The notes beneath the pieces are model-generated. The model did no database searches. It was not told the DNA's origin and saw nothing but the letters and a program-made list of their open reading frames with translations. The translations under genes and the position numbers were made by a program. A DNA stretch of 47,559 nt from Rhodospirillales bacterium (GTDB lineage Bacteria; Pseudomonadota; Alphaproteobacteria; Bin95): the NCBI GenBank assembly GCA_038143065.1, contig JAYQLI010000021.1:1-47559 (forward strand). Direction: 5' to 3'. Of the stretch, positions 33,652 to 45,206 are shown piece after piece (the first letter of the stretch is position 1; every line of letters starts with the position of its first letter).

Positions 33652-35747
33652 ATGAAAATTATCACGCAGAATCTTAAGAACGGTTCCACGGAGCTGACAA
33701 ATATACCGTGTCCGTCTCCCAATACGGGCAAGTTTTGTTGCGGACCTCAAAAAACTCTAATTTCTGCTGGTACTGAACGGATGTTGGTCGAATTCGGTAA
33801 AGCCAATCTCTTAGAAAAAGCTTTGCAACAGCCCGATAAAGTAAAAATGGTGTTAAGCAAATTACGGACTGATGGGTTGCAGGCGACTGTGGAGACTGTT
33901 CTTAACAAATTAGATGCCCCACCCCACTAGGCTATTGCAATGTCGGTCGCGTATTAGATGTTGGCAATGGCGTTTCCGCCTCGAAATTGGAGATAGGATG
34001 GTGAGCAACGGTTACCATTCGGAAGCTGTTTGTGTGCCGATTAATCTAACAAGCAAGGTGCCGGACAACGTTACTGATGAAGAGGCTGCGTTCACTGTAT
34101 TGGGTGCTATTGCCTTGCAAGGAATTCGTTTAGCCAAGCCAACCTTGGGTGAGTGCTTTGTTGTCTCTGGCTTAGGGCTTGTTGGCCTTTTAACGGTTCA
34201 GTTATTGCGGGCGAATGGATGTCGCGTTTTAGGTCTTGATTTTGATAAGGACCGGCTGAAGTTGGCAGAGGCTTTCGGTGCTGAAACCTTTGATTTGAGT
34301 TCCGGGCAATCGCCATTGCTAATGGCAGAACGTTTCTCAAGGGGTCGAGGTGTCGATGGAGTGTTGCTAACGGCAGCTACTTCGAGCGACGATCCCATCA
34401 GCCATGCAGCGCAAATGTGCAGGAAATTGGGGCGCGTCATCTTAGTTGGTGTCACTGGGTTAAAATTGTCGCGAGATGATTTCTTTAAGAAAGAAATCAC
34501 TCTGCAAGTATCAGCCTCATATGGACCTGGTCGATATGATCCGAATTATGAAGAAAAGGGACAGGATTATCCCGTGGGATATGTCCGGTGGACGGAGCAG
34601 CGCAACTTTGAAGCTGTTTTGGATATGATGGCTTCTGGTTCTTTGGACGTGAAGCTCTTATTTCGCATCGTTTTGCCTTCGATGATTGTGCAAATGCTTA
34701 CGAATTGGTCGCAGGTAGCGCCCCCTCGCTTGGCATTTTGTTGAGTACGCGCAAAATGAAGCAGATATTCCAAGAACCATTGAGCTGATAGATAATAAGA
34801 CGCCGACACACCGAAAAAATGACGCATCATTGGGCTTCATTGGAGCCGGAAACTATGCGTCTGGAGTGCTGATACCTGCGTTCCGAAAAAACGGCGCCAA
34901 TCTTGATACGATTGTGTCTACAGGCGGGCTAAACGGTATGAGTTTGGCTAAAAATTTGGCTTCCGCAAAGCCGGAAGTAGTGCAGATGATGTGCTCCGAG
35001 ACACAGATATTGATGCCGTCATTGTATCAACACGACATGACAGTCACGGCAAGTTTGTTTTAGACACATTGGCAAGTGGGAAACATGTCTTTATCGAGAA
35101 ACCCTTGTGCCTTACGGACGAAGAATTGTCGGCAATCCAAAAGGCCTATGCGCAAAACACCGAGAAGCGAATTCTTATGGTTGGGTTCAATCGCCGTTTT
35201 TCTCCCCTAGTGACCGACATGCATATCTGTTTAAGTCAGGTATCCGCGCCAAAAAGCATGATTATGACGGTAAATGCCGGTACAATTCCAGGCGATCATT
35301 GGGTTCAGGATAGAGAAATTGGCGGCGGTCGGATTTTGGGAGAGGCATGTCATTTTGTGGATCTTCTGCGCCATTTGGCAGGTGCAAAAATTGTTGATGC
35401 CGATATAAAAATGATGGATTCAGCTCATAATGATACGGCAACACTTTCACTCAGTTTTGCCGATGGCTCTATCGGAACTATAAACTATTTTGCGAATGGC
35501 CACCGTAACGTTGCAAAAGAAAAACTCGACGTTTATTGCGATGGCCGTGTCTTCCAGTTGGATAATTTCCGAAGCCTGAAAGCGTTCGGTTGGTCAGGTG
35601 TCAAAAGCCGAAAACTATGGCGCCAGGATAAAGGTCAAGTTGCATGCACCAAAGCTTTTTAGACGCTTTGTCAGGTGATGGGTCGTCCCCATACCTTATG
35701 AAGAGCTCATTGAAGTTCAGCAGGTTTTGCTAGATTTGAAGCCCTGA
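33652..35747 (+). CDS. Bi-domain oxidoreductase (MDR/zinc-binding dehydrogenase plus Gfo/Idh/MocA), frameshifted
   Basis: 'ISAGTERML', 'GLGLVG', 'SYGPGRYDPNYEEKG..RWTEQRN', 'GFIGAGNYA', 'EKPL', 'VGFNRRFSP' and 'GEACHFVD'. Confidence 0.9.
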
Positions 35748-35759
35748 TATCCTTCGCTT

Positions 35760-37383
35760 TTGACAATCTTCCTAAAATATTTCAACACTTTGCGCCATTT
35801 GAAGTGGAAGCAATTTGCATTTCGTTTACTTCTTTATTTTCCAAAATATCGAAAAAACTCAGGAAAAACCCTGTTGTCCGCAATGTTGACTGGCAAATGG
35901 CTGAAGGAGTGGCCAAGGCTGATTCTTTGTCACTGCCGGATGTTTTTCGTTTTCTGAATGAGGATGGGTCTTGGCGGACATTGGATGGCAGAACGAAGAA
36001 AATCAGATCTCTGGATTTATAATCAGCACTATTTTGATTGGCTGGATTCGCGGTCGGCGCGAGAAAACCCGAATTTTTTTGAGCCGATTACATTAGACTG
36101 GATAGAAAATAACAAGCCAGGAGAGGCGCCTGGATGGGAGCCTATCCTACTTCACTTCGTATCGTCAATTGGTGCAAATTTCATTGGCGTAGCCGTTGCT
36201 TGTCGCAAGAGATGGTTGATAACTTGGCTTTGCAAGCCCAACATTTGTCTAATTCAGTTGAGTGGCATTTACTGGCAAATCATCTTTTTGCGAACGGCAA
36301 AGCCCTGATTTTCGCCGGTATTTTCTTTGATGATCATCTTTCTGATAGATGGTTGCGCCAGGGTATCAATATAATAACGCAGCAATTGGATGAACAAATT
36401 CTGGCTGATGGGGGCATTTTGAACTTTCACCAATGTATCACTGCATCATACTCGAAGACTGTTTAGATCTTGTAAATCTGCTAGGCCAGTTAGATTTGCC
36501 CGAGACTAACAGATTGGCTCAGAATCTTCGCGCGCGTGTACCATCAATGTTTAATTGGTTATCGCAAATGTCTTTCTCGGACCGACACATTTCGTTTTTC
36601 AATGACACCACTTTTAACATATCTGCAGACCCTGATATGCTCCTGGATTATGCACATAGGCTGGGACTATGCGACGTACAATTTAGACCAAGGGAAGGCG
36701 ACGGTTTTTACCACCTTGAGCAAATCAGGATATAAGAAGGAATAAGGGCGCATTTGAACTGATTTTTGACGTTGGAGAAATAGGTCCGAGATACCAGCCG
36801 GGGCACGCGCATGCCGACACATTAAGTTTTGAATTAGCTGTTGGCGGCCGAAGGCTAGTCGTTAATTCCGGAATATCTACCTATGGAACCTCCGCGCAAC
36901 GATTGGCTCAAAGGTCTACAGCCGCGCATAGCACTGTTGAGATTGATGATGAGAATTCTTCTGAGGTATGGAGCGGTTTTCGGGTAGCCCGTCGAGCCTT
37001 GCCATTTGGACTTACAATAAACCATAAGACTGACTGCCTCTCTTGCAGCCATAATGGCTATAAACGATTGAAACACAGCCCTGTCCATACGAGGCAGATA
37101 TGTTTTAGCAAAGATAGAATTCAAATTGACGATATTGTTTTGGGTGAAGTCATCAAATGCAATCGCATACTTTCACATTCATCCTGACTGGGTTCTAGAA
37201 GCGACGGATGAAGGTGTAATTTGTGCCATTAATGACATGAGGGTTCTTCTGTCTTACAAAGCTGGGGAGGCTGACCTCGTAAAATCTCAATATCACATCG
37301 GATTTAATAAAAGCCGAGATGCCCATTGTCTCCGTGTTCGATTAGCTAGAGGAAACGCCTCGTTAATTATCCAGTGTATATGA
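35760..37383 (+). CDS. Heparinase II/III-family protein (heavily frameshifted)
   Basis: 'LWIYNQHYFD', 'YPTSLRIVNW', 'EWHLLANHLFANGKAL', 'YQPGHAHADTLSFEL', 'RSTAAHSTVEID' and 'SHNGY'. Confidence 0.85.
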
Positions 37384-37384
37384 G

Positions 37385-38605
37385 ATGAGAATTTTGTTTC
37401 TAACTGATAATTTTCCGCCGGAGACAAATGCGCCTGCATCAAGGACGTATGAGCATGCCAATATTTGGGTGGCGCTGGGGCATCAAGTTACGGTGATTAC
37501 TTGTGCTCCAAACTTCCCGAGCGGCAAAGTATTCGACGGCTATAAAAATAATTGGTTCACCCGAGAAAAACTCAACGGAATTGATGTTATTAGGGTCAAG
37601 ACCTACATCACGGCGAATGCTGGTTTTGTAAAGCGCACACTTGATTTTATGTCTTTTATGCTAATGGGGGCCCTGGCAGGGTTGTTTGTTACACGGCCGA
37701 CGGTTGTGGTTGCTACCAGCCCACAATTTTTTACGGCCATAGCGGGTTGGTTTGTTGCGTGTGTCAGGCGCCGGCCATTCGTTTTTGAATTAAGGGATAT
37801 TTGGCCAGCATCACTATCAGCGGTAGGCCTAAAGCAGCCTAGGGCTGCTCTTTATCCGCTCGAGAAAATTGAATTATTCTTGTACCGGCGCGCGTCTCTT
37901 ATTGTGTCGGTAACCCATTCCTTCAAAGTGGACCTTGTTGGCAGAGGAATTGATGGTAATAAAATAAAGACTGTTTTAAATGGTATCATATTGAAAAACT
38001 TTTCTTCTACGAAAAGCGATGCTGAAAAGGCAAGAAAGCGTTTCGGTTTAGAGGAAAAGTTCTCGTCGGCTACATTGGAACACACGGTATGGCACACAGC
38101 CTTTCCAACATTCTGAATGTGCAGAGTTGCTCAGAGATTATCCCGATATAGCCTTTGTATTTATTGGTGAGGGCGCAGAAAAAGAGAAGCTGGAAAAAGA
38201 AATTGCAAGACGGAAATTGGTTAATGTCTCCAGTTTTCCAGGGCAGCCAAAATCTGCTATGCCGGCAATAATTTCAATGCTAGACATTTCGCTGGTGTCA
38301 CTTCGTGATAGCAAACTTTTTGAGCAAGTCATCCCTTCTAAGATTTTCGAAAGTATGGAGCTGAGTGCCAATGGTTGTCTCAGTTCCTAAAGGCGAAGCG
38401 ACCCAATTGGTTGTTCGCGACGGAGCCGGCCTATCATGTGAGCCGGACAACCCAAAGGCTTTGGCCGACTCGGTATTAAGGCTGCATAGAGATAAAAAAA
38501 CTTCATAGCAAAATCAGCGCTGCAAGTCTTGCCGCCGGCAAAAAGTATGATAGAGAGGCTCTGGCAAAAAAAATGCTGAGTCTTTTGGAAGAGGTTTCGA
38601 ATTGA
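37385..38605 (+). CDS. GT4 glycosyltransferase, WbuB-like (frameshifted)
   Basis: 'LTDNFPPETNAPASR', 'APNFPSG', 'ATSPQFF', 'FELRDIWP' and 'IPSKIFES'. Confidence 0.9.
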
Positions 38606-39743
38606 CGGATGTTATGCTTATTTTCGGAACGCGGCCTGAAGCCATCAAAATGGCACCGCTAGTGCATGCCCTAAAGCAGGACGCGATGTTGAACACAAAG
38701 GTCTGTGTAACCGCGCAGCACCGTGAAATGTTAGACCAAGTTCTTGACGCATTTGAAATCCGCCCTGATTTTGACCTTGATTTGATGGCGCAAGGTCAAG
38801 ACCTTTTTGATGTTACAGCCCAAGTTCTCATTAGTTTAAGGAGCCTCTTGAAGGAGACAAAGCCTAAACTGGTTCTAGTTCATGGTGACACCACAACTTC
38901 CATGGCGGCAGGTATTGCTTGTTTTTATCTGGGTATTCCCATTGGTCACGTTGAAGCTGGGCTGCGCACGTATGATCTTGCCGCGCCATTTCCCGAGGAA
39001 TTTAATCGGCGCGTATCTGGATTGTTAGCTACGCTTCACTTCGCACCAACTCTGAAAAGCAAACAAAACCTGATTGACGAAGGCGTTAATAAGGATTGCA
39101 TATTAGAAACCGGTAATACAGTTGTTGACGCTTTAAAATGGGCGCTTCAACGTCTTGAAGCCGATAGCGAGCTTGGCAATGCCGCTGATAACCAGTTAGA
39201 TGAATTTCTTTCCTTCGATTGGAAACAAGAAAAATTTGTCTTGATCACGGGCCATAGACGAGAAAATTTTGGTGATGGATTTAAAGAAATTTGTCAAGCT
39301 ATCGCCGATCTTTCTTCTAAAATCCGGACGTTCACTTTGTTTATCCCGTGCATTTGAATCTAATGTTCAGGAACCGGTCAACAAGGTTTTGTCGGATAAA
39401 TCAAATGTTCATCTTATAGCTCCGCTTGAGTATCTATTTTTTGTCAGGTTAATGAGCTTTTCCTATTTGGTGTTGACTCAGGGGGCATTCAGGAAGAGGC
39501 ACCAAGTATTGGTAAGCCAGTTTTGGTAATGCGTGATGTAACTGAACGGCCGGAGGCAGTCGATGCCGGCACCGTTCGACTGGTAGGGGCTTCTCGAACT
39601 TCTATATGCGACGGCATACAGGGTCTATTAGATAACCTGAGCTCTATGGTCGCATGTCCCGCGCCCATAACCCCTACGGCGATGGTCAAGCTTGCAGTCG
39701 AATTGTAAAACGAATAAAGGAATATATTAGCCGAAATGGATAA
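38602..39743 (+). CDS. wecB: UDP-N-acetylglucosamine 2-epimerase, non-hydrolysing (frameshifted)
   Basis: '[12 protein letters not shown]', 'VHGDTTT', 'HVEAGLRT', 'GHRRENFG' and 'TERPEAV'. Confidence 0.95.
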
Positions 39744-40957
39744 GAAACGCTCTATTTGCATTATTGGCCTTGGCTATATAGGTCTGCCAACCGCTGCACT
39801 TCTGGCTACTCGTGGATTTGAAGTTCATGGCGTTGATGTTAATCGGGAAGCCATAAAAAAAATCAATAATGGTGAGGCGCATATCTTTGAACCTGGTCTT
39901 GATGCTTGCTTAAAAGCAGCCATTGAGAGTGGTTATTAAGTGCATCGACTGAAATCGTTCATTCCGATGTTTACATGATATGTGTGCCGACGCCGTTTAA
40001 GGGTGGAGCTGGGGCCCCGGAACCTGATCTGAGCTATATTGAGGCTGCGGCCAAGTCTATTGCTCCCCATATAAGGGCTGGTAACCTCGTTATATTGGAA
40101 TCTACATCGCCAGTTGGCACAACGGAGTTTGTGGAACAACTCCTTTCTGAAGGCGGAGTTGCAACATCGGAAATATCAATCGCTTACTGCCCAGAACGCG
40201 TATTACCTGGCAATATTATGTCCGAACCAATTGAGAATGATCGAATTGTCGGTGGTGTTAATCACAGTTCGACCGACGCAATCGTCGAATTCTACGATGG
40301 GTTTGTTAATGGTTCTGTAATTCCAACATCTGCGCGCACGGCCGAAATGTGTAAGCTAACGGAAAATAGCTTCAGGGATGTCAATATCGCCTTCGCAAAC
40401 GAGTTGTCAGTAATTTGTGACCGTGAGGGCATTGATGTTTGGGAGCTTATTGGCCTGGCAAACAGACACCCCCGAGTAAATGTTTTGTCTCCGGGAACTG
40501 GAGTCGGGGGACATTGTATTGCGGTCGATCCATGGTTTATCATTTCGCGCAACCCTGAAGATGCAAAGTTAATCAAAACAGCTAGGATGTTAACGATGAA
40601 AAACCTAAACTGGTAGTTCAAAAAATTGCATCAGTAGCAAAAGAGAAATCTAAGGTTTTAGGCCGACCGGCACGGATTGGTTGTCTGGGGCTTGCCTTTA
40701 AACCGGATATAGATGACTTGCGAGAATCCCCGGCATTACAAGTCACACGACGCCTCATGAAACTCGATTATGAAGTCGTAGCTGCTGAGCCGAACGTTGA
40801 AGCAGTTGAAGGCATAAATTTGGTTGATGCGAATACTGTTTTGAGCAATGCAGATGTGATTGCAGTTTTAGTTGCCCATAAGCAATTCAAAAGTGAGCCT
40901 ATGAAAAGAAAATTGCAGGCTCTTGCTAGTTTAGATTTTTGCGGCGCTTTTGTTTGA
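39736..40957 (+). CDS. wecC: UDP-N-acetyl-D-mannosamine dehydrogenase (frameshifted)
   Basis: '[10 protein letters not shown]', 'ESTSPVGTT', 'YCPERVLPG', '[18 protein letters not shown]', '[11 protein letters not shown]' and '[12 protein letters not shown]'. Confidence 0.93.
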
Positions 40958-40987
40958 TAGGTTCTCAGTTTTAGTATTCGACGAAAT

Positions 40988-41190
40988 TCACTCCGCCATC
41001 ACATATCTCAATCCCGCCTGCACACTCTTCCAGTCGCCTTTCCGCATAACTTGCTCAATCGTATAGCCGCTTTTCAACTAAGTCGACTGCAGCACCCACC
41101 CTAAACGAATGCCCCGTCCACTGGCGGGGTTTTTTGTTTCCGGGGAGGGTGATGTTCGCCTGCACCTGGCGCAGGATCGTTTGGAAAGCA
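40988..41190 (-). pseudogene. C-terminal remnant of a Cre-like tyrosine recombinase/integrase; not in the ORF track
   Basis: Manual translation with one shift in an A-run: FQTILRQVQANITLPGNKKPRQWTGHSFRVGAAVDLVE / SGYTIEQVMRKGDWKSVQAGLRYVMAE*. It carries HxxR, the Cre-type W and the catalytic Y. Confidence 0.85.
41112..41135 (+). terminator. Intrinsic terminator closing the polysaccharide cluster
   Basis: CCCCGTC-CACT-GGCGGGG, a 7-bp stem with one G-U pair, followed by TTTTTT, ~155 nt after wecC. Confidence 0.7.
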
Positions 41191-41355
41191 TATGAGACCG
41201 CGAAGGCACGATATCACTCCCTCTTCGAGAAGTTGGATGATGGCGACACATACCTGAGCGCGCAAGTAGACCGCGTTATGGAAGAGGATCGCGCAATTCT
41301 GGCAGCGCTTGCCGGCATTGAGAAGAAATCTGAGAGTGAAGCTGAGGACGACTAG
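41185..41355 (+). pseudogene. 3' remnant of a small protein, possibly an addiction-module antidote-like gene
   Basis: Reads KAYETAKARYHSLFEKLDDGDTYLSAQVDRVMEEDRAILAALAG...*. The listed N-terminus (from 41134) is only the antisense of the recombinase remnant. Confidence 0.35.
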
Positions 41356-41415
41356 CCCGAACCGTAATAGGGAAGTCTCAACCGTTTACCTCGCCCTTTA
41401 TCTAAAGTCTGATAA

Positions 41416-41826
41416 TCAAATTTTATAGCGCTTATCAGCCTTGAACTGGGTGATAGAGATGCGTTTCTTGGCGAGGATTTCGCTGACCCATTCAGGGGCG
41501 CGGCCGCGGCCACTCCACTTTTCTGCGCCTTTGGGATTTTTATATTTATCGGCCACCATTGCGCGCTTATCGGATTTCTTGGTGGATGTCTTTTTTGCCG
41601 CCCCAGGGCGGCCTCTTTTGCCGGCGGTTTTTTTCTTGGCGCGGGCTGTTGGTTTTTGGCCGAGATCTAAGTCGGTTAAGTCGCGGACAGAAAGTCTGTG
41701 CTTTTTCAGAACCGTCAAAATAGCTGACGCCGCTGCTTTGAGATTGGCGCGACGTTTCTCTTCAGCGGCGATTTCTTTTGCCGTCGCGGCAAGCTGTTTA
41801 TCTGTCAGTTTTTCAAGTTGTTTCAT
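41416..41826 (-). CDS. hns: H-NS family nucleoid protein (HvrA-like)
   Basis: N-terminal coiled coil, Lys-rich linker, and DNA-binding motif 'KYKNPKGAEKWSGRGRAPEWV'. Confidence 0.9.
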   Translation of the reverse strand: MKQLEKLTDKQLAATAKEIAAEEKRRANLKAAASAILTVLKKHRLSVRDLTDLDLGQKPTARAKKKTAGKRGRPGAAKKTSTKKSDKRAMVADKYKNPKGAEKWSGRGRAPEWVSEILAKKRISITQFKADKRYKI

Positions 41827-41875
41827 GAAAGTCTTCTCCTTAGATTATACTAACCTGGCCTCCAGATTCATTATA

Positions 41876-42912
41876 TTATTGTTTCAGCAAATATGGGTGA
41901 ATTTTAAGCGCCAAAGCGTCGAGCGGTGATGTTTCATATAAATCGAAACTTTCCAGCGGGGGCAAGTCGGCTTTATTGCCTGCCAGTTCAGTCAACGAAA
42001 GGCGATATATTTTTTTTCCTTGCTCTAAATGCGAAACAATCTCTGTCTCTTTCCAGTCAAGATTGATTTTATGTGGTCGCAAACTGTAAACTGGTTTTCC
42101 TGCCGACACCGCCTCGCCGAGCATGGCCATGCTGTCTTCAGTACAAAACACCGCCTCTGCCGCATTCAAAAAAGGTTTTACCACTTTTCGTTTATCGTCG
42201 CTGTGCCAAACCGCGTCGAGGATATATTGCGATGGCACTGCGGACTTTAGGATGTCCTCAATATCAGCGCCAGTGCGTCTGGAGGTCGTCAGCAGCCATT
42301 TGCCGCCATGCTTTTCGCTTAAATTTTGCATCGATTTTGCCAGATTGAGCCAATCTTGGCGTTCAAAGGCATAACCCGGCGTCTTGCCGCCAATCAGCAC
42401 AGCCCATATGGGGCGAGCGCCGTCAGACACATTAACTTTGGTGCCGGTCTGCAGGGTATCACGGTCAATATCGGTCAGCGGCACATCGACTTTAATATGG
42501 TTTGGCGCTTCGATTGAAAGCGGGGTGATAAAGGCCGTGAATAAATCATGGGGCACATTCCTCAATGTGCCGACAAAGAAGTTTTTGGCGGCATATTTTC
42601 GGTCCCATAAAATATTCAAAAATTGGGTTTCGCGTCCGGCCGAACAAATAATGTTCGGCGCATCGCTGGGCTGTTTGCCAATTTTATAAAAAAAATTGAT
42701 CCAAAAATCGTGCCATTTGTTTGGAAACAAGCGCAGCGCTGAAGTCAAAAGCCGATGCGACCCCGGAATGCGAAGATCTGCGTGAATCAATCGACTTGGG
42801 TGGCTTGTATTTTGCCAAATGTCTTTGCCAAGCCACGACTGCCGGCCATATGACCCGCTTTTGCATCGCTTATCACCCATATTTTGAGGGCTGAAGAAGT
42901 TTGTTTGTCCAA
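41876..42912 (-). CDS. ELM1 (mitochondrial fission ELM1)-family protein, frameshifted near the N-terminus
   Basis: Corrected N-terminus 'IWVISDAKAGH' from TTG 42912, then 'AVLIGGKT', 'LTTSRRTG' and 'TEDSMAMLGEAVSAGKPVY'. Confidence 0.85.
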
Positions 42913-42966
42913 AACGCCGTGCCTATAAAGTCGCGTGATACGCGGAGGTTCATGGTTATCTGTTTA

Positions 42967-44506
42967 TCAGCTTTTTGATAATGCCGCGATGTGGGGTGCA
43001 ATTTCTTTTGTTTTATCGAGTGCCAGCGATTGCAAATGCGCGACCGCTTCTTCCGTATTGTCGCTGCCGTGGATCATCCGAAGGGCCTTACGCCGTTCGG
43101 GTGCTGCTTGCTTTCGAATGGCTTCCTTTATGCGGTTGTTCTCATTATCGACCAAAGGGTGCTTTCTTTTGGTGCGCTTGCTCGGTTCTTGCGGCTGCCT
43201 ATCCAAGCACACAAACAAATAGACGGGTGGGGCGTTGCCGCCTTGTGCTTCGGGGTCGGCCCAATTGCCGCCGCGAATGGCATTGACGGCAATTTTTTTT
43301 GTTCTGTGTCCAGCGGCTTTTCGAGCAGAATATCGAACTTGCTGGCCAAAGCCGCGCTGATATTTTCAATTTCCGTCTGCGCACCGCCAAAGTCACGGAT
43401 AAAAAACGTTGCAAGGCCCGGCTTGAAGCCTGCTGTAAGATAGCGGTGTTGCAAAAACGGATTTTTCACACAATAAAAGCCGAGCAAGTCAATTTCGGGA
43501 ACATCTCGGCGGCTTTCAGGTTTTGTTCAATCTCCGAATATGTTTGCGGCATAGGTTGGCCTGCTTTTTGGGCTGCCATTTCCAGGCGTTCGAAAAGTTG
43601 AGGCCGATCTCAAATCTTGTTTTTTGATGATTTCACTACCTTTCGGAATAGAACGTCTTTGATGAAAGACCGTGTGAAATTGGTCGGAAAGAAATTGGGC
43701 TTCCGGCGCGGCAATGTAAATCCCGTTTTTGAGAACCTTCTCTGAGAGAAGCGCTTCGGCCAATTTCGGCGTCACATAGGGCGCGCGGTTAAAGTAAAAG
43801 CCATTGCTACCGTCATGGGAATATATGTCCACCGGGCGGGTGCATAATTTTTTTTCATTGCGCGCAATAATCTCACCAATGTCACCGCTTTCGATAAGAA
43901 GGTCTATGTCGGCGCCTGTAGGCAAATCATCAATCTCATTTTCACCGCGCAGCAAGACATAATTTTTGTCATCTATTGAAGCGAGAAACTCTCGTGCCGT
44001 GCTGTCGAGCGGATAAAATTGCCGATGATTGTCCAAGACATCGCATTTGATTTCAAAACATAAGAAGCCTTTTGCCCGCCTAATGCCATTTTGCAATGCG
44101 GGATGAGCCGATTTCGGCCGATATGGCGGAGCAGGGCCGGTAGCTGCAAAATCAGCCAGGGGCGCAACGCCATGAGCAGCCATTGTTTCTTTGAAAAGCT
44201 TCTTTCGACCAAAGCGCTGTTCCGGGGTTTTTCCCCAATATGAGTATGTCGGCATTATTATCCGAAAGCTCTTGCGCCCTTTGAATTTCACATACCCGAT
44301 TTTGTCTCGCCTTTCGGCATATTTCGCCCTCTGCCGTCAATGCTGAGAACATCGGCTGATGATAAATCTTCGGCCAGAGCGGTCGCTTTTTTGGGTGAGC
44401 CGAGGACAGCCCCGACCTTGTCGACAAATTGCTCTTCAATATCGCCTTCCAGTGCGACGGCTTTTGTCGTGACCAAGGCGAATAATTTTTTCAAAGCAGC
44501 AATCAT
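42967..44506 (-). CDS. Hypothetical protein with a nucleotidyltransferase-like DxD domain and a C-terminal NDK-like domain (several frameshifts)
   Basis: Joined pieces 44288..44506, 43527..44291, 43128..43487 and 42967..43218. Motifs: 'YVLLR...ADIDLLI', 'IRGGNW' and 'RMIHGSDNTEEAVAHL'. Confidence 0.6.
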
Positions 44507-45145
44507 GCTTCCAACATATCCATGACATCAAATACCATATTGGGGCGCGGTTGAACCATGAGAATGGAAGCCTTGATGATACAATGACATATCCGGTCTT
44601 TACGAAACGAAGCCAATGCTGATTGATTTCATCAATCAGCGTCGGGTCTGAATAAATTTCCTCCTCCATCATAAATCGCCGGCGCTGCAATAAGGCGACA
44701 AATTTTCTGAGGTGATGTCTGAGTTTCGAGACAATTGTATCGCCCTTCAGCCCGGCATTTATTTATTCAAGGGCACGCTCTTGAAACTGCCTTTGCAATT
44801 GTTGTGGTGGTGCATTGATGTGAATAAACAGACTCGGTCGAAACGGCGGGGCATATTGAAGCGCCAAATCCCGCGAAATCACGTGTTCCAATGCGATAGA
44901 CATGGGTAATGTCATAATGCAGCACGACGAAATCGGCTTTTTTATCGAACTTAATCGGGCTGTTTTTGCTTTTAGTTTCTTGCGCAGCGTTTTGTGGCAT
45001 CCAGCGAAATATGCCGCGTTGAGGTCGAAAAAAGGAATAGATTTCTGGAACGCGCTGGACGGCTTCGGGCGTGCGGCAGAAGAAATTGCCAAAACGTGCT
45101 CTTCCCCGCTCCTGAACAATCCGACAGGATGATTAAATTATTCAT
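44503..45145 (-). CDS. P-loop (kinase/sulfotransferase-like) protein, frameshifted
   Basis: N-terminal 'LIILSDCSGAGKST' Walker-A-like motif and 'VVLHYDI'. Its TGA at 44503-44505 overlaps the next ATG. Confidence 0.55.
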
Positions 45146-45206
45146 GCGGTAAATTAGGTTGATAATTTTAACGGTCAAGCGCAGGCATGCATGCGGCTAT
45201 GCCTGA

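Noticed and set aside
41570-41660. Low-complexity repeat in hns
   Set aside because: It encodes an ordinary Lys/Ala-rich linker, not a DNA repeat element.
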